Positions 16,504-20,000 of a DNA stretch of 20,000 nt are shown here, in pieces. The position numbers and the translations under genes were made by a program. The notes under the pieces were generated by a model. The model ran no database searches. It was not told the origin of the DNA and saw nothing but the letters and a program-made list of their open reading frames with translations. This stretch comes from an uncultured virus (IMG/VR IMGVR_UViG_3300035395_000183) (Duplodnaviria; Heunggongvirae; Uroviricota; Caudoviricetes): the IMG/VR virus record IMGVR_UViG_3300035395_000183; one strand, written 5' to 3'. How positions within the stretch are numbered: the stretch's first letter is position 1; the number at the start of each line of letters is the position of its first letter.

Positions 16504-16530
16504 ACTTTGTAACCAATTAAACCTAGTTAT

Positions 16531-16698
16531 ATGAAAGATTGCTCAATTGTTGGAATAATACTAGCAATAGTTCTTTTATTCCTTGCTTGTTTACCTTTTA
16601 TAATTGCTTATTATAAGCAGTTTAAGGTTAAGCAAAAAGAAAAGAAATACGCTGAAGTTCACAGATTGTTGAATAAACCAACCTCTATGTATGATTAA
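16531..16698 (+). CDS. Small single-TM membrane protein, 55 aa (below track cutoff)
   Basis: MKDCSIVGIILAIVLLFLACLPFIIAYYKQFKVKQKEKKYAEVHRLLNKPTSMYD; overlaps the next start by 8 bp. Confidence 0.7.
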   Translation: MKDCSIVGIILAIVLLFLACLPFIIAYYKQFKVKQKEKKYAEVHRLLNKPTSMYD

Positions 16699-17068
16699 AC
16701 ATTTGTATGAAACAACTACTTTTGTTCCTTATTCATTAACAGATAGATTGATTATCTACAAAATGATTAAAAAACAATTAGATAGTATGGCTGTAGATCA
16801 GAATGGATACATTGGATTTTGTCGTTTATTGGCTAATGCCCAAGTTAAATTCGCTGCAATGGAAGCAGTTGGGATACAAAGGCAGTTAGATCAATGGGAT
16901 TTGATTGATTTTCCAGAGCTTAAAGCATATCGTCCTGCACGGTTTGTTACCAGTTATGGTACTCCAGGTGGTGTATTTTGGTATGCTCTCAATGAAGAGG
17001 GAAATAATCGACGTCAAATAATCATTAATGCAGTAATTGCTCAAGTAAGAAAGGAGTTGTATGGATAA
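16691..17068 (+). CDS. Hypothetical protein
   Basis: 125-aa track ORF with short overlaps to both neighbours. Confidence 0.8.
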   Translation: MIKHLYETTTFVPYSLTDRLIIYKMIKKQLDSMAVDQNGYIGFCRLLANAQVKFAAMEAVGIQRQLDQWDLIDFPELKAYRPARFVTSYGTPGGVFWYALNEEGNNRRQIIINAVIAQVRKELYG

Positions 17069-17483
17069 ATATACAGCGACTGAAGAACAATTGCCAACAA
17101 CAACTAAAGATAAACGTATTATCGTTGTTGGTAAACCATCTGAAGAAATAATGGCTAATGTTGTGGCACTTGCAAAAGCTCATGACATTGAAATTATTGT
17201 GCGTGAAGTTGGAGAAGATGGTAAATCTTTTGCTTATGCAGAAGGTTTTAATCCAAATCCACCTGCTGTAACATTACCATACAGTCTTAATCCTTATCTA
17301 TCAATATCAAAGGAATTAAGTGAACTTCCAATCTTAAGTGATTATCTACCTAACCCAACGAGTAAGCAATCAAAGTATGCAAGAGTGGCAACTCAAGCAG
17401 AACTTGATGCTCCGAAAGTTGGACGTAACGAATTATGTCATTGTGGTTCAAATCTTAAATTTAAAAAATGTCATGGAAAATAA
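17061..17483 (+). CDS. SEC-C motif (SecA C-terminal Zn-binding) protein
   Basis: C-terminal PKVGRNELCHCGSNLKFKKCHGK matches the SEC-C consensus GRNxxCxCGSxxKxKxCHG. Confidence 0.88.
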   Translation: MDKYTATEEQLPTTTKDKRIIVVGKPSEEIMANVVALAKAHDIEIIVREVGEDGKSFAYAEGFNPNPPAVTLPYSLNPYLSISKELSELPILSDYLPNPTSKQSKYARVATQAELDAPKVGRNELCHCGSNLKFKKCHGK

Positions 17484-17835
17484 TTTAGAAGCTTTTGTAA
17501 AATTAAAGCAAGACTATGAAATCATAGCAGAGGAACTTGAATCACAATATGACCTATTTATTGGTGCTCTTTCTTTTTTAAAAAAAAGGACAGGATTTGG
17601 ATCTACTCAATCGTGTACTTTATGTGTTGCTGCAGAAATATTTCAACGCAAAACTAAGTGTATTCGCTACTGCAAATACTGCATGTGGGACATTAATTCT
17701 GGAGAAGCCATTGCACCTTGTGTTACAAACAACTATTCTGAAATCTATAGTTGTATGTCAACACATCAGTTAGCAAATTTATTAAGAAAACGTGTTGTTA
17801 TGATGGAAAAACAAATAAGAATTTCTCAGGGGTGA
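17473..17835 (+). CDS. Cys-rich hypothetical protein ending at TGA
   Basis: Likely start ATG 17473 (MENNLEAF). Contains CTLC, CIRYCKYC and further Cys. TGA at 17833-17835; readthrough would extend to TAG 17872-17874. Confidence 0.7.
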   Translation: MENNLEAFVKLKQDYEIIAEELESQYDLFIGALSFLKKRTGFGSTQSCTLCVAAEIFQRKTKCIRYCKYCMWDINSGEAIAPCVTNNYSEIYSCMSTHQLANLLRKRVVMMEKQIRISQG

Positions 17836-17862
17836 GGATTAGTGAGGCAAAAAATCCTATAT

Positions 17863-18590
17863 TTGTCCGTTTAGTAGGTAAACCCGTAAAGACTTGGGTA
17901 AACGGAACATAACTTCAAATTGAACCAAGGGAACTACGCAACGTTCCTCATACTTCGATTACCATTAGTATGCTACATAGTACGGGTTAGTTGGCTCCAA
18001 GAAGTTATAACAGAAGGAGAGCTGTTATAACATATCTAAAGGAGGAAGTTAAAATATTTAAAATAAAACCATATAGGATAATACATAAACTGTATGTAGT
18101 TGGTAATGAGATGAGACAAACCTAAAGATATCGAGAATTTGAATTGCTCGATTATTCACTTTAGAAAGGTTATTCATATCTATCAATGAGGTTAACGAAG
18201 TCCTTTGAATTGTAATAGATATCGCAAAACAGTGAAGACATAATAAACTGTTTACAATTCATAAAAATCTATTGTAATAGTAGATGTGTTGTTCCCTTGA
18301 GAAAGGAATGCTGGAAAAGAAATAGAGATATAATCTGTTACCTGTAAAGGAGTAACACCACAGCATAGTAATATGTAGTCTCTACAACACAATGAGTCTC
18401 AAGCAAGATGATTAATATTAGTACCTACCAAGTCGAATCTGGTTCCAAATTGGTATTAATCATTGCGACCCTAAGTTTCTTATTATAACATATAATCTCT
18501 AATACCATGTAGGTGAAAAACCTCTTGCGCAAAGATAATAATGGTAGAGAATTATCATATAATTCTTGAGAAATAAGAAACGGGTGCTAA
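17863..18590 (+). ncRNA. Putative large structured non-coding RNA(s) including a pseudoknotted domain
   Basis: About 730 bp with no track ORF and a near-continuous chain of inverted repeats: TCCGTTTA/TAAACGGA, ATAACTTC/GAAGTTAT, TATAACAG/CTGTTATA, AAACAGT/ACTGTTT, TGTGTTGT/ACAACACA, ATGATTAATA/TATTAATCAT, GTTTCTTATT/AATAAGAAAC. Confidence 0.55.
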
Positions 18591-18611
18591 AATCTAAAAC
18601 AAAAGAAAACA

Positions 18612-18872
18612 ATGAAAAAGGTATTACAGCGGTATTACACTACACAAAAATCCGATATTGGATGGATGTCAAATTTTGAATTTGTACAAGATACAACCAC
18701 AGGAGAGATATCTATCATGGTACAATTAATGTGTATTGATGGAGTCGAACGTGTGCGAGAGTATTCAATTGAAGACTTTGATATGACATGGGGTGTAAAT
18801 CTTTTCGAGATTGATTTAACTCTTTTCCTTTCTTTGGCAGTTGCAGGATTATTACCAGCTAAATACCTGTAG
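18612..18872 (+). CDS. Hypothetical protein
   Basis: 86-aa track ORF with an A-rich leader. Confidence 0.75.
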   Translation: MKKVLQRYYTTQKSDIGWMSNFEFVQDTTTGEISIMVQLMCIDGVERVREYSIEDFDMTWGVNLFEIDLTLFLSLAVAGLLPAKYL

Positions 18873-18873
18873 T

Positions 18874-19068
18874 ATGCAAACAATAACAACATTTACAGAC
18901 CAGCGAAACTTTGATGAATACTGCGACTTAATAGCAGGTGCAAGTAGTATTTACTTTTCCTTAGATGGTAGTTATCATCCTATTGATTGGAGTAAAGAAT
19001 TTGTTGAAGTAATAACCCGTGAAAGATCCATAATTTTAGAACGTAAATTCAAAACAAAAACAAAATGA
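18874..19068 (+). CDS. Hypothetical protein ending at TGA in an ATGA overlap
   Basis: ATG 18874 (MQTITTF) lies 1 bp after the upstream stop; TGA 19066-19068 overlaps ATG 19065 of the next gene. Confidence 0.7.
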   Translation: MQTITTFTDQRNFDEYCDLIAGASSIYFSLDGSYHPIDWSKEFVEVITRERSIILERKFKTKTK

Positions 19069-19550
19069 AATACAAATCTGAAAACAAAGTTTTATTTTGG
19101 GTAATTATTAGTCTTATGTTAGCAATGTTCTTAATCTTGGGAACAAGCTGTCAAAAAGAACAGAATGAGAACCAAAAGTTAATAGGAAGATGGCAAGGAA
19201 CTATTGAATATCATATTAGTGGTATCTATGGAAGTCCTGATGCCGTTCGTAAATTTTCTGTACATGAGGTTGATTACCTTCATGTAATCTGGGCTGATTC
19301 CCCCTTTGTAGATGGTTACACATTTATGCTAAATGGAGAATATAACATTGACAACATAACTATTCCATCAGAAACATGGTGTAATGGTGTTCATATTAAA
19401 CAGGAATTAGTTTTCTGTGGACATGGACATTATTACAGTGATGATTCTCTTGTTGAGTCAGGTATTGTGTATTACAAAAGAAATGCCAGTGATGGATTTG
19501 AAATATCCGAATCTGGAACTTGGAGTGCAAAGTTTAAGAAACAAAAATAA
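19065..19550 (+). CDS. Lipoprotein, possibly a lipocalin-like beta-barrel
   Basis: Signal peptide with LGTSC lipobox, then QKEQNENQKLIGRWQG (LxGxW motif); beta-rich. Confidence 0.8.
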   Translation: MKYKSENKVLFWVIISLMLAMFLILGTSCQKEQNENQKLIGRWQGTIEYHISGIYGSPDAVRKFSVHEVDYLHVIWADSPFVDGYTFMLNGEYNIDNITIPSETWCNGVHIKQELVFCGHGHYYSDDSLVESGIVYYKRNASDGFEISESGTWSAKFKKQK

Positions 19551-19579
19551 TTACAATCAAATCCTAAAAACAAAAACAA

Positions 19580-19915
19580 ATGAAAAAACTACTAATTCTC
19601 ATCCTCACCATAGTAACCTTTTCTATGGTTTCATGTATTGCCCCAACTGATGATCAAAAATCAGAGATTGTTAATCAGTATCTTGCTCAATCAGGTCTAT
19701 TTGAATGTACAGTTGTGTTATTAAAAGAACCTACTTATCAAGACACTTCTCGTTTTATTTCGCAGAAATTCTATGTTTTGGCACGAGATGTATATGGTGC
19801 TCAAAGGTTATTTGATGATCAATTTTCAGATCAATTAGGTACACTTAATGGAGCTGAAACTTATTGGGTTGAAATTCCTATTTCCGGTATTGCATCATAC
19901 CCTTATTCTGAATAG
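19580..19915 (+). CDS. Lipoprotein
   Basis: MKKLLILILTIVTFSMVSC signal peptide II pattern. Confidence 0.8.
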   Translation: MKKLLILILTIVTFSMVSCIAPTDDQKSEIVNQYLAQSGLFECTVVLLKEPTYQDTSRFISQKFYVLARDVYGAQRLFDDQFSDQLGTLNGAETYWVEIPISGIASYPYSE

Positions 19916-19917
19916 CG

Positions 19918-20000
19918 ATGAAAAGTCCATACTCGAAATTTAAACGGTGGAGAATCTATCATGAACTGTTAGAGATAATCCAATCAATACCTCCTTTACA
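19918..20000 (+). CDS. Hypothetical protein, 5' part only
   Basis: ATG 2 bp after the previous stop; MKSPYSKFKRWRIYHELLEIIQSIPPL is open to the window end. Confidence 0.6.
   Translation, partial: MKSPYSKFKRWRIYHELLEIIQSIPPL

Noticed and set aside
11880..19650. Track ORFs 11880..12122(-), 12171..12449(-), 13403..13603(-), 18635..18892(-) and 19417..19650(+)
   Set aside because: They are antisense or out-of-frame overlaps of better-supported plus-strand genes with A-rich leaders.

Overview
AT-rich bacteriophage DNA, most consistent with a crAss-like (Crassvirales) phage of a Bacteroidota host. This rests on a crAss-type large terminase, TAnnTTTG promoter boxes and A-rich starts without Shine-Dalgarno sites. 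The main result is a region-specific dual genetic code. In the minus-strand packaging/lysis block (1-6959) TGA is read as Trp: 23 internal in-frame TGAs join the short track ORFs into intact genes, including a 732-aa terminase with 13 TGA and 2 TGG. Genes from phoH rightwards use only TGG for Trp, and two plus-strand genes appear to use TGA as a stop. A canonical UGA-reading tRNA (anticodon UCA, G73) sits at 8393-8464(-), upstream of the recoded block. A second, structurally atypical UCA-anticodon tRNA-like gene sits at 16076-16150(+). At the strand switch, four 12-bp iteron-like repeats (21/22/21 bp spacing) and an AT-rich tract adjoin a double winged-helix Rep-like gene, suggesting a replication origin. 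The plus-strand arm has small unknown ORFs, lipoproteins, a SEC-C protein and several long, hairpin- and pseudoknot-rich non-coding stretches. All translations and base pairings were done by eye; no database searches were run.
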